A stretch of 64,000 bases of DNA from positions 285,681 through 349,680 of the forward strand of contig RDEW01000044.1 in NCBI GenBank assembly GCA_011109175.1, written 5' to 3'. Positions 13,141 through 26,500 of the stretch are shown here, piece by piece; positions within the stretch are counted from its first letter, which is position 1, and each line of letters opens with the position of its first letter. The notes beneath the pieces were generated by a model. It did no database searches, was not told the DNA's origin, and was given only the letters and a program-made list of their open reading frames with translations. This stretch comes from Dicyema japonicum. Lineage: Eukaryota; Animalia; Dicyemida. Made by a program: the position numbers and the translations under genes.

Positions 13141-13894
13141 CTTCATACTCGTCCTCTCGTTGATCATTTAGGATCACTTAGTTGAGAACTTTCATTTCTT
13201 TCTCTTTGACCCAGTGAACTGAAATATCAGTACCCAAAAAAACTAAATAAATTTTGTCCACCAAAATTTCATATTTAGTTTTTTAGATATTAATAAGCGA
13301 CTCTTCCTTGTTGGTCTACCTCAACACATGGATAGGGAAAGTGTAGCTCTTTTCTTTCAAATGCCACCACGTCGTCGGCTAATCATATATATTTTCAAAC
13401 CATCCAGGATTTCGTCCACGTCGGATAGGACTTCCCCCATCGAGGTCTGGGTCACTTAGTTAGTTGGGTTTTTCCTTTTTACCCGGTGATCCAAGAATAA
13501 TACTAAACGACTTTACCAATTTATAGTAAATTAGTTTGCAGTCACACCGACGGCATAGGACGTGACATTATTTCCAAGTCTTAGAAAGGTCACATTTCCA
13601 TAGTTATTTACACTCCACTTGTAAATATTGAAACGGCATTATTTCCATTAATTTCAATCAGGCTTATCTGTCCGATGAAAACTCTTTCCAACAACTGTCA
13701 CACAGAGTCTTCAAATCCTTTCATTCTTCACTTCAAATTAAGTAGTGGGTAAATATGTATTCTATGTGCTCATTGTACCTTGTTACTATTTTCCATGCAA
13801 CATCTCCTCAAGAATCCTCATTCGAGTTTTAAGATAAAAAATTGTTGTAGCAGGTTCTGTGATTGAGATCTTATCATTCAGTTGTCTTTACTCC

Positions 13895-14440
13895 TTTTTT
13901 GTTATGAACGATCCGAAATCCCGTAGAAAGACAGTGATTTGGATCTCGAACCCCCGAAGTTTCGGCTTTGATGGGTTTGGAGACGAAATGCCCCAATAGC
14001 TCGATTAAATATATTTTTCAAACAAAAACAAATAAACAACATCGTCAGCAACAAATCAGGCTCAGCTCCCGAAAGAAGGTAGAAAATGGCACTTCTCAGA
14101 AACAAATATTTGTTAAAATTACCAATAGTCAAAAAATATATTTACCAAAGTAAAAAAAGCTTAATTCCGTATAATTAAATGAAGAATCTTAAACCGCACT
14201 GATCTTAGAATTCATCTCGAATATCCAATGGAGTTCACTAAGATCGTCCGAACGCGTGGAAATCTGATTCCCTAGTCGATTTAAAAACCCCACTGTCAAG
14301 AATCCCATACCACAGACAGTCTCCACAGGAATAAAGTCAGGATACTTCCTTTTCGACATTTTGGCTGTCATAGAAGGCACTTTGATGTAGGTTGCTAGAG
14401 AAAATTTCAATTTGTTTTGAAATGTGATTGACATGTCATT
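13895..14440 (-). CDS. Possible small intron-containing gene divergent from the PKHD1L1-like gene; product unknown
   Basis: The ATG at 14434 (minus) is 113 bp from the PKHD1L1-like ATG. Several 22-28-nt GT..AG segments link short open frames, and there are no TE motifs. I could not establish a unique exon chain. Confidence 0.25.
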
Positions 14441-14546
14441 TAATCTGAGAAATTAATCCCAAATAAGGGTTGATATGGTTATACATACAATCAATCAATC
14501 GACTAATGATTTAAAATCAACGATTCATATAAAAACAAATGACAAA

Positions 14547-17500
14547 ATGCAAGAATATATGAGCCCAAGGGATCTTTGTTTATTCACACTTTTGATATTA
14601 TCCTGCGCTCAAAATTGTATTCGATTTGGTAAACAAAGTAACCCCCCACGTCGATCACATCTATCCTCGATGTGGGTCCATTGCTGGAGAAACTTTGATA
14701 GAAATAACAGGGGACGGTTTGATCCATTACTTAGTTGAGGATTCTCTGATGAAGCGTTCACGTTGAATATTGGGGGTCAGAACACCAAAGGGAACGTAGT
14801 TTACCTGTACTCCTCGACCCAATCTTACAAATGCAACATCCGCACAGATTTAACGCACAGCAAGGCAATATTCTGCTTCACTGAGTAACTCAAGTCACAC
14901 AGTTTAGAACCATGCCTTATGGGAACTATAACATTTTGGTGCACGTGGACGGAGTAAGAATACCGAGTAATCAAATTTGCCGAGACAAATCAGCAAGTAG
15001 GTGCATGTTCTTTGTAATTTGAAATTTGATTTCAAGACTCGGTCGTACTGCACTCCCAAGATCACTCAAATAGATCCTCAAACGGGTCCCCCAGGTTGAG
15101 TCGTATAATGTTTTCAGACCAACTCATCACCGTCACTGGGATATTTTACTCTACGATTTATTTGAACAATAAAGTCGGAGTCTCTAATGAAGTCAAACCG
15201 AAATTTACGAGGTTGAAGTCTTTATTAATGCTAGAATATATTTTGGGGGTGAAACCTGCGAAGTTGTGAATCAGACGACCAATGAACCGTAGTTTTATCG
15301 GTAACATAGATATGACTTTAATTTGACTTCCCCAACCAATGGGAAGTTCAAATGTAAACTTTCGAATGTCAGGATTGGGGGAATCAACGGGAGTGTAATT
15401 ATTGACAGAAACTATGGGAGGTTTGTTTAAGATTTCACAATCAGATCGATTTCTCAGTCAGTAATGCTATTCAATAATCTGAAATACGGACAGTATGAGG
15501 CATACGCGGGTTTACTGCATTCCTAATTGTAGAAATAACATCAATCACCCCCCATGTGGGCAGTCAACAGGGAGGTACTATTTTGACGATATTTGGTCGT
15601 AACTTTTACAATGACAGCACTGTCGCTTTAGTTGGGGGTTGAATCGCTATGTATAACTTATGCAGGGAGAAGATGCACAATAAGATCCATCAATAAGCAT
15701 AAAATTGTTTGTAAGGCGGATAAGGACTTTAACGGAACCTTCTATTCCGGTTTTCTTGAACCTTGATATTTTAGGGAGTCGAGGATTCCTGTTAGAATAT
15801 TGGAACTCCTCCTCGAATTTTTCCAGTTTAAGGGAGATAGAGAACTACACATCCGCGGATGCTGGCTATGGGAGGATTAGAGGATTGTCTGGAAACATAA
15901 AACTTCCTACGGGAGACATGAGTATCAGACTATCGGGAATATTCCGTCCACCAAAAAGTGGACACTATCAATTTGACATGAACGACAAGTCCTTGACTTT
16001 ATTTTGCTTCAAATTTACTGATTCAGTACAAAATACTCACTCATAGGTCACAATCTGCGACCAATATACATTTACGAGATTTTATTTGCTCAAAGACAGA
16101 GGGTTGTGATATCACTTACGTTAAGATATTACATAACTATACTCAAAAAATACAACGGGGAGTCCACTTGCCGCGTGGATTTCAAACTTTTCGAATCCCC
16201 ATATTCCTGGATCTCCCTCCCATTGGTTGTTCCAGAAAAGCAGATTATTAGCATGAATTATAACTACATTCCAGAGCAACACGTACTACCTAACTTAAAG
16301 GGTAGAGTTGCTTCTTTCCCAACCAATCAGTGTCCCCACTTGGGGATCTCATCGGAGTGCGGATTTATAAAAATAAGACCAATGCGGAATACCGAATAAG
16401 CTTCAATAGCGTTGAAACGGGTTGAGAGTGAGCTTACATTAGAAATTTTAAAAAGCAGCGACATAGCACAGCTTCTACAAGCCAAAGTTAACCAACACCC
16501 AATCTTGGGGGATTACCTTGTAAATGTAGAGAACTATACGAACACTGAAAACACTACAAACTTCGTTTTACATTTCACGATACATCCGGGTTTGTTTTTA
16601 GATTATTATAGGTGATTCCATGTCACTCTCTATTTTGAGTGTAAACGAGTCTGTCTCACACTATTCTCTCAATAAAATAGCTAATGGAACTTCTGGGAGT
16701 TACTATTTGCTATTGAAAAGCGAAAATTACAATTTACCGCCAATTTCTTTAAATTTTAATACCAGCAAGGTATCGCTTGCTTAATGATTAGATTGAGAAA
16801 CAACTCATGAAGGCCTATGAAATTCGGTGTCCTAAAGATTTCGATAAATTGTCAAATTCAGTATTTTTCGTGGAGGACTTTGAAACTTCCGATAACTACT
16901 TTGGTAACGCATTCTGTGGGGGACACTCTAATAAAAACCTAATTGAGATTTTAAATTTCGAAGCTTTGAGAAACAAACCCAACATAGTAACGTTCAAAAT
17001 GGTAATTATAATCTCCTATAACAAGCTGTGTTTTGCCTACAACGGATATCCCCCAAATGCCTTGTATATCGTATATTCTACGGACGGGAAGACCTATTCC
17101 TCGAATACATACAATTTATCCCTACCAGATTCAATATTGTTTGATATGGGACTTGTCACTTTAAAGGGAATGGAATTACGAGTGCGTTGACCTTGTACAG
17201 CTGATGAGTGACGTCCAGTCGTCGATCGTCCTTGTAAAGTTGGCGGAAGTGATTAACACGGGACTGGTCTATTATGATCTCGTTTCTCTAAGCACTACTC
17301 GCAGAAATACGGATAAAATATGTTTTTTGATTTAATTGATTCAGCAATTTTGACCAATCAGAGAGTGCTTCCCCCGAGTAAATATTCCGTAAGTCGTATA
17401 AGCGTTTCAAAATTTTTAAATCATCTCAACGTGACTTATCAGTTGAATTACTGCTTCGGAAATATTCCCCCTGCTATGGTTCTCAGCGATATAGAGTGAT

Positions 17501-20500
17501 TCGTAGATATCAAATAATCAAAATTTTCCATACTGTCAAAAAATTTCAAATATGAGCTCCCCCTCTGAAGGAGATCTAGTATTCACTTTCAACAGGAAGA
17601 CTATCAAAGCCTCAGAAGGTTATTGGAATGTTATAAACGTGATTTAGTCGTCGACTGTAAGGTCACTGTAGCGGAGACAAATTATGCTGGGACTACTTCA
17701 GTTACGAAAAACGGATTTAAATGCCAGAAATGGAATTCTTCAGGTTGAGCCTTTTAGTAAATGGCAAGAATATAATTTCTGCAGAAATCCCGACGGAAAA
17801 CCCTTAGGTCCTTGGTGCTACATTGACTTGAACCATACTACATGGGAGTATTGCGACATTCCCTTATGCAGTAGCATTTCTGAGATATTAAAGCTCAACT
17901 GAATGCGACCAACATGAAAAGTGTCTTGGAATATTTCCCCGACATTGGGATACTGTACGTTTCTGGGTACTCCAACTGCGAAAATTCTCGGTATTACATA
18001 GCTCTCCTGTCGTACAAGGGGAATGCCGAATCAATTCAGGTCACATTCGTCAAATGAATTTTTAGGTGAACACATCAAATGATCGAATTCAAATATCCCA
18101 CTATTTAGTGGCTGACGGTCACCTTCGTACGTATATTCCACAATCAATGGTAAGACAAAAGTTTTCCGAGCCACAAGTTGAGGTTATAATAAACGAATCT
18201 CCTTCCCTTTGCTCTGGGAATTGTTCTTTTTCAGTAGCTAACATGTCTACACCAACAGTCACCTCAATTGAGCCTCTTTCGAGTTTACTAACTGATCATT
18301 TTTAGTACAAAATCCCGAAACTAACATAACACTACGAGGGACTCTATTCAGCGCAAATTTATCATCAAATACTATTCTGCTTGGTGGGAACGACTGTGTG
18401 CCATTTCAATCTTCTCCCAACGAAATAAACTGTTCGTTGAGAATTCGAAATGACATAAACTCCCTCTGCAACGTTTCCGTATTGGTAGACCCTATCGGAT
18501 ACGCCAGATTGGCCCAAGAGTTTTGTCTAAATCCTCAAATATCTGTTACCAACATCTCCAGGAATGTTAGTTCCATCAATGGTGGCTAAATCTGTTATAC
18601 TTAGGGGGTGAATATTTGACTATCAATGGCTTCGGGTTCCAAGTTTTGTCTAAATCCTCAAATATCTGTTACCAACATCTCCAGGAATGTTAGTTCCATC
18701 AATGGTGGCTAAATCTGTTATACTTAGGGGGTGAATATTTGACTATCAATGGCTTCGGGTTCCAAGCAAACATGAAAATCCTTGTCGATTCAAAGTCCGC
18801 GGTGATTGTAAGGAGGTCAATGTACAGAGTGACGTTTGTGACCCCAATCCAAAACGTATTTAAATTTTAACGATTTAATAGTCCATTGGAATATACAGAA
18901 TTTCGTTATTTAATTTAAACAGATTTTATCACGCTGGAGTTATTGTTTACGAAGATTCGACAACTCCCATGGTTTCGGGGGTGCATCCTACTCATCTTAG
19001 TGTCGCAGGTTGGCGTTTTTTATTCAGCCAAGGGAGTCAAACATTAACACTCAATATAAGTAATTTGCTATGTGGAAATGAAACTGTAGTCTTGAATATA
19101 AACAACGTTGAAATCAACCAGTCTTCCTGCTCTAATTACTCTTACTATTTCCTTACTCCGTCTTTGTCCCCCGGAAATTATTCTTTTGAGGCAAAAACCC
19201 GAAACGGAGTAATCAACAAGTATTCGTTTTGAAAATTAAGAGAATATAAACAACGTTGAAATCAACCAGTCTTCCTGCTCTAATTACTCTTACTATTTCC
19301 TTACTCCGTCTTTGTCCCCCGGAAATTATTCTTTTGAGGCAAAAACCCGAAACGGAGTAATCAACAAGTATTCGTTTTGAAAATTAAGACTCAGCCAATA
19401 CAACCTGATTTATGTGTAAATGATTACGTCAATGTTCCCAACAGGTGGGTCCATCTTTGGAGGAACTGAACTGAGCATTGGTGGAGAAGGTCTTGGAAAT
19501 AGCTCCGAAATCTCAGTAAGATTGGGGAACCATCGGTGTGAAGTGAATTTCGTAAATTCGACATTTTTAAGCTGCAAAACATCCGAGAGTGCGAATGTAC
19601 AAAAAGTAACAAACCTTGGGGTACATTCACGTACTGATATTACTAATATATAGAAAATGGAAAGGGGTACCGATGGCTGCCTGACGAAGTAACAATCCGA
19701 GTTGGCGACTATGTAATGTGGGAGTGGTTCTCTCCACTTAGAATTACCTCTATAAATTATAAGATTCATCAAACACACTCCCTCACAAATACGAAATTCC
19801 TTTCTCGGGGATTCGTTAGCGGAAATGCTTCAAATTCTGGTATTTCATGCTTTAAATTTACAAGGAACATATAAACATCAGTTTCTAAAGCCGGGGAAGT
19901 ACTTTTACTGGTCTCTCCCGGTCGTTGCCGACCGTGATTTGTCCTTGAAGGGAATCGTGAATGTGGTCAATAACAAAGATGAATCGTTCCCCCTAAATGT
20001 GACGATGGTGGGTATTCTTCCAGAATATGCATGTATGCGGTTATTATTATTTTATCAGTAAACAACAGTCTAACCCAGCCTCAACCCCCTAATTGCCCGA
20101 ATATAGTAAATAATTGTACCCTGATTTCTGACTTTAACTTTACCTATTCAAATTGTGGGGGTCCGAAAATCCTCTCCGTCTCCCAGCCAAATAGGGGCTT
20201 CTTTGGGAGTATAATCATTACTGGTATAATATATTTGGAAAATACAGGGACTAATTTTGGTGGCAGAACATGCCAGAACTCCGTCAGCATTGATGGCCAA
20301 CGATGCGTCGTCTTGGAATCCAATAAAACTCGAATTACCTGCAAAATAGACGAACTGCACAACTCTTCATTTGGCTACAAAAGGCTGATGAGAGTTTGGA
20401 CTAAAAACGTTGGATACGGACTTTTCAAACTTTCAAAGGATTCAATAAACTCTGTTTATCTTATGCCCGAAATATCAACGGTTGTCCTTAACAAGAGATC

Positions 20501-23500
20501 AACTAAGGGGGATACTTTGATCAAAATAACCGGATGGGGATTCGACGTAAATTCAACACAAGTCAGGATTGGTCCCAATTCGTGCTTCATCGAATCTCTA
20601 AATGGGACTCAAATATTATGTCGAACTCAAAATCACTCGGTTGATGCCATCCTAAATATATCGGTCAAAGTAACGGGGGGTAGAAGTTATTACGCAGTGA
20701 ACACTAACAATATCGGATTCCACTACTCCCAAAATTTTACGCCATTCGTATTACGAATTGAACCCACGAATATTACGGGACCAAACACGACCATAAAACT
20801 GTCGGGGATAAATGTGACGTCAGTGAACGGGAGGAGTATATTGAGAATGCAAAACAGGGTGTACTACTCACTGAATAACTCCCAAAGTGGAGCTTACTTT
20901 CTGATTCCATATCTGGATGTTGGAGAACATCAGCTTTCATTGGACGTCGAAGGATACGGGAAAGCTGAATTTAGAGTGAATAACACGATAAATAGCTATG
21001 GATATACCTCGACGGTAGAACCGGCTTCTGGTAGCACACATGGGGGAACGACGGTAAAAATAACGGGATTCGGATTCAACTGTAACAACATAACGGCTAC
21101 TATGGAAAACGTAACCTGTAGAATAACTCAGTGTCAAGTAAACGAGGTGGGTTTGTTGTATATAAAATAGTTATTTTGTCTGACACCCCCCTTATTAACG
21201 AGTGGGAGTAAAAACCTGTCTGTGATCAGTGCCTCATATTCCTTCAACCAACTAGCGTTTAGTTATGAACCCAGTAAAAGTCCGATGATAGGCTTCGTAA
21301 GGCCGATGAGTGGAAGTGCAAATACTCAAATTTTAATTGCTGGGAGTGGTAGTCAATAATCTATCAATTAACTAGGTTTCGTGGGTAATGAAAGCGACAA
21401 CATCGTGCTTATAGGGAACGAGATATGCAATATTATATCATTTTCTCTGTTTATAATATCTTGTTCAGCACCCGACCAAGGGTATGGGAATTATTCTATA
21501 AAAATCAAACATCTTATTTACGGAGACTCAAACTCTGTGGAAAACTACACCAACGTGCTATCCATATCGGATATATACCCAGGGATAGGTAGACTTTGGT
21601 TGCATTGATTAGGGGGATATGGAGGCAAACAGGTGGTTCAGGTGCGTGGAAATGGATTCACTCGAGACATGAATATTTCGATTTGTGGAATATATTCCAG
21701 AATTTTATCACTGTCGAATCACTCCGAAATGCTGGTTGAGACTCCCACGATGACTTGTGATCCTCACATACTTATTGTAGATTCGCAAAATAACACGAAC
21801 TGCTCAGTCACCATAAACACAAGCACAGCAATTATAAACTACTCCAATCAATTTACTTACAATTCGAGTGATACTTCCTTCATTTACTATGTTACCCCCA
21901 AAAGAGGAGGAACTGGGGGAGGAACTAATCTCTCAATTTATGGATTCGGCTTCAGGTCAATACGTTTTGTTAACAACCAGGAATGACCTGAATGCGACCA
22001 ATGTCACAATTGACGGTTCTGTCTGCATCATAAGATTTATCAACAATTCTCTGATCCAATGTGAGTCATGTCTCCACCACGAAAACGCTAGATCCCCCGT
22101 ACAAGTTTATTCTTCGAGAAGTGGATTAGCAGTAGCTGTTAGTCAAACGATGTGATAAATTTAGAGAAATGTCTCAGATGTGATATTCGAGTATGTGAAC
22201 GTCTGGTCTTCGCGATTTACCTGGGGAGGTTACGATATACCCANNNNNNNNNNNNNGTCTCCACCACGAAAACGCTAGGTCCCCCGTACAAGTTTATTCT
22301 TCGAGAAGTGGATTAGCAGTAGCCGTTAGTCAAACGATGTGATAAATTTAGAGAAATGTCTCAGATGTCATATTCGAGTATGTGAACGTCTGGTCTTCGC
22401 GATTTACCTGGGGAGGTTACGATATACCCAAGGCTGGTGAAATTGTTGTAATTCCACATGGATTAAATATCCTACTTGACGTCAACACACCTGTACTTCA
22501 GATTCTTCTAATAAACGGTGATTAGTAGGGAGGACAATTAGGGGGATCACTAACATTTGATGAGAAGGACGTCGAACTTCACGCGGAAAATATTTTCATC
22601 ACAAATAACGGATCATTGAGAGTAAGCTAATATAAATTTAATTTAGATTGGGAGTGAAGGCAGACCATTCCAGCATCAAGCTTTGATAGAGCTGCACTCA
22701 AAGTTTTTGTCAAAAACGTCATTTGATGAGAAGGACGTCGAACTTCACGCGGAAAATATTTTCATCACAAATAACGGATCATTGAGAGTAAGCTAATATA
22801 AATTTAATTTAGATTGGGAGTGAAGGCAGACCATTCCAGCATCAAGCTTTGAAGAGCTGCATTCAAAGTTTTTGTCAAAAACGTTCCCCATATTAGGATC
22901 GAATGTAGTCGGGGTCAGAAGTGGAAACGTAGATTTTAACGGTTATTTCACTTTTATGAATATATAGGAAGATATAGAAATGTCACGTGGACTCGATTAG
23001 TGGTATCCGCCAATGTCAGCGATATGGTCCTAGAACTTCAAGACCCAGTCGATTGGAATGTATGTTTATTGGGTCAAGTCAAGGTTAATGAGATTATCGT
23101 TATTGCGATTACCGGTGATATGAAGAGCGCAAGAGAAAATGAATTTCATAAAATAGCAAATACATCCCCCAATCGAATTACAATAACCCTATATGACCCA
23201 ATCAAGTAGATTTATCAGTTTAAAAAAATACCACAAGCTTGCCTACACTTATAAATATGCACGAGGAAAGACAGTGAATTTGCGAGCCAAGGTGGGTCTC
23301 CTTACAAGAAATGTTAAAATCAAGGGGACAAGAAATCTGAATTATTCCTTTAAGATAGAAAGATGTCCTGATGAGTTCAAGTTGGGTAGGATTCCGTGAT
23401 TACCATATTCTAGGTCAATTCGCGGTACAGACTTGTTTTCAAGGAAGAGAGGGAGATGAAATAGGGAATGATCAATTTGGGGGAACAGTCATGATAGCTC

Positions 23501-26500
23501 CAAGACATCCGGGTATGGACGAAGCAATTGGGAGGATCTCACATGTTGAGTTCAACTACGTCGGCCAAGCCTTTCGTCTGGGACGATATCCAATACATTT
23601 TCACCTTTCGGGGTGGAATAGACATTCCTACGTCAACGGGTGTGCTATTCACGAGAGTTTCAACAGAGCTGTTAACATTCACGGTATGTTATGCGTTAAC
23701 CCCCTCCAAGGAACGCATGGGATCACAGTAAGAAGGAATGTCAATTACAACATAATGGGCGGGGCATTTTTCCTAGAGGATGGGATTGAAACCCACAACG
23801 TCTTTGAGTACAACTTGCACGTGTATGTCAAGCGAAGTTCCAGCTTATTAAATGACGACGTAACCCCCGCTGGTTATTGGCTCACAAATCCAAATAATAT
23901 AGTCAGATATAACACAGTAGCGGGAGGCACTCATTTTGGTTTTTGGTATGTCTCTGATATTTATTGAAAGGTACAGATTGCATAAAACCGTGGACGGACC
24001 TTCGTATGACCCCTCGGTGGCTCCTAATATCGGACAAATGGGAATATTTGAAGGGAACGAGGTTCACTCTCAGGGGTGGTACGGAATATGGATTTTCGAA
24101 GGGTTTCCTTGGTATTTACTCAAGTTATTACCCACGTGTGGATGGGAGAAAAAATGGAAATCCCACTATTGCGAGATTTACAAATTTTACTTCGTGGAAC
24201 AATCAAAAAGGAGCCGAGTGGGAAAACGGGGGAGCTTTACAATTTGACAACTTTGTTACTATCGGCAATAAAGTCGCAAATATCGAAATGATGAGGAATT
24301 CCGAAAGCGTGGAATACTCAAGTCGAGGACCTTTCCTCAATAACAGTGATATTATTGGTAGACCGTTGATGATACGGATTTAGCGTACATTCCTGGAGTA
24401 ACCCCCGTTTCTTCAGGGTTTGGGGTAGTCCTTCCCCTATCAAATGGATTAACTCTGAATAACATAAAGTTCTATAATTACAACGAATCCGGATATTCGT
24501 GCTTTTACCAAGCAAAGATTGATGGCACCAGCTCTACCTACTCTGGGAGTTGAGCTTCCTTAACTTTTGCAGGATTTCTCTATTTAATGAGGAACATTCA
24601 CTTTACAAATTCAAATAATAGATATAAATGGAATTGGATACACGAGGGAGTCATTACAGACTCTGACGGGTCCCAGACTGGTTCGGTGACAAATATTGTC
24701 CCCTATTCCAATTTGGTCCCCTCTGATTGTGTTACGAATACCCAAAATACACAAGGAATACAGTCATCCTTCTGTCCTCAGAGTTACAGCTTTGCGAGAT
24801 TATCATTTAACGGTTTCATTCGCTTTAATGCCAGATATCCTCCCGACCCTCTATTTAGCGAGGAATGCCAAGATAATCGTGAAATATGGCAACGAAACGA
24901 GCTATTTTGCAGAGAAGAGGATGACCTCCCCTCTAGGATGGATGGCTGTTGTCCCGGCAAATGGCAATATGTTTCTGCAATTCCCAGTCGAGTCGAGTTC
25001 AATAAATATTTCCTACAAAGCAGCGGTAGATCACTTAATGGTTTGAATTGATTTCATGCGCAGAGTGGGGGTTATATCATTGTCAGTCAGTCTATGAGGG
25101 AGAAACCCGATCGTGTTTTCACGACTTCCACTGTTAACCGTTCAATGTCCTTGCTTCCCCTGAATGTGGAGACTAACAATAACGGAGATTGGTATTATGA
25201 CTCCTCCAGGAATGTTTTAAGCTATATTGGTGGGTCAATCGCTAATTAATAGTGATGTCCCCCAGAACGAGCAGTGTCGACAAGTATTCGTCTATTCGAA
25301 TATTTTGGGTCAGATTTAATGCGTACCGATGCTTCTACCCGAAATGTGAGCCTCCCCCAGTTTCTACAAACCTCCCCCCGCAACGAAATAGACCCAACAA
25401 TTTTGTCAGATGGTCAAACAGAAATATTTGGAGTTACACAAATAATCAGTGGAACGCAAGTTTAAGTTCAGGTGGTGGTATGCCATCCAATGGGAGTGTC
25501 GTCGTGATATCTGCCGGTTAATTTCACGCTTAATTATTCAGGCACGTGGGTTTTAGCAGATGTGGCTTTTCCAACATTGAAAGAGTTACACGTGTATGGA
25601 GTTCTTGAATTTGACGGAATTGATAATTCAACGCGCTCTGGATATCGAGATTTTGTTTGTCGGCGGAGGTGATCTTCATAAGAGGGGGACGAATCATAGC
25701 GGGGATAGAAGACAACGCCTTTCAGGGAAGACTGGACATTGTTCTGAGAGGAAACATCAATTCTCGAACATTTCCAAGAATTGTGGGACCTGTTGTGGGG
25801 ACTAAAGTCATTGGTATCAAATTACCTCTATTTAGCCTCTTTTGGTGGAGTAGATCTTCACGGTGTTGATCACAACATTTACTTCACGGCGCTTAATAGA
25901 ACTGCTGTTTCCGGAGAGAGGACCATTTACTTGGAAGACGCCGTCGATTGGAGCATTGGTGAAGAGATTGTAATCTCCACGTCATCTTATAACGTGATTG
26001 AGTCAGAAAAGGCTGTAATAAGGGATATAACACAAAACGGCTTAGTATTACATGTCCTCAGCAGAATTGTAAAATTATAGCTTCATCCTTAGAGCTCCAC
26101 TCTGGCTTCTTACAGCGTGAGTTCTATTAACAGAAATGTCAGAGTTGGACTGTTCTTTCCAAATTTCATTTCAGAGAGTTTACCGGGTGCTTATAAAGAT
26201 TGGAACAACCCAATGGCGTACCCTTCATTGGGGGGACTCATGACTTTATCCGGTCCTATGCTATTCTGATGACTAGACCTGGATGTGAGCAGTAATGCTG
26301 CACTAAGTTGTTCCACTGACGATGTCCTGATAATGTCGAGTAAATTGAGTTATGACTTCCAACAACCGATAAGAACGTCAAATATCCGCTTATACAACAT
26401 CTCAACGGACAAATATCTGTTTATGACCTTACCCCCATTGAGGTATATTTGAGTTATATCTTAGAATGGTGAATCCTTCAGACTGCGTCGATATGGACTG

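Noticed and set aside
18519-22884. Exon-duplication-driven repeat expansion in the PKHD1L1-like gene
   Set aside because: The copies are exact or allelic, start and end mid-exon, one pair flanks Ns, and the same pattern occurs in TEs. An assembly artefact is far more likely.
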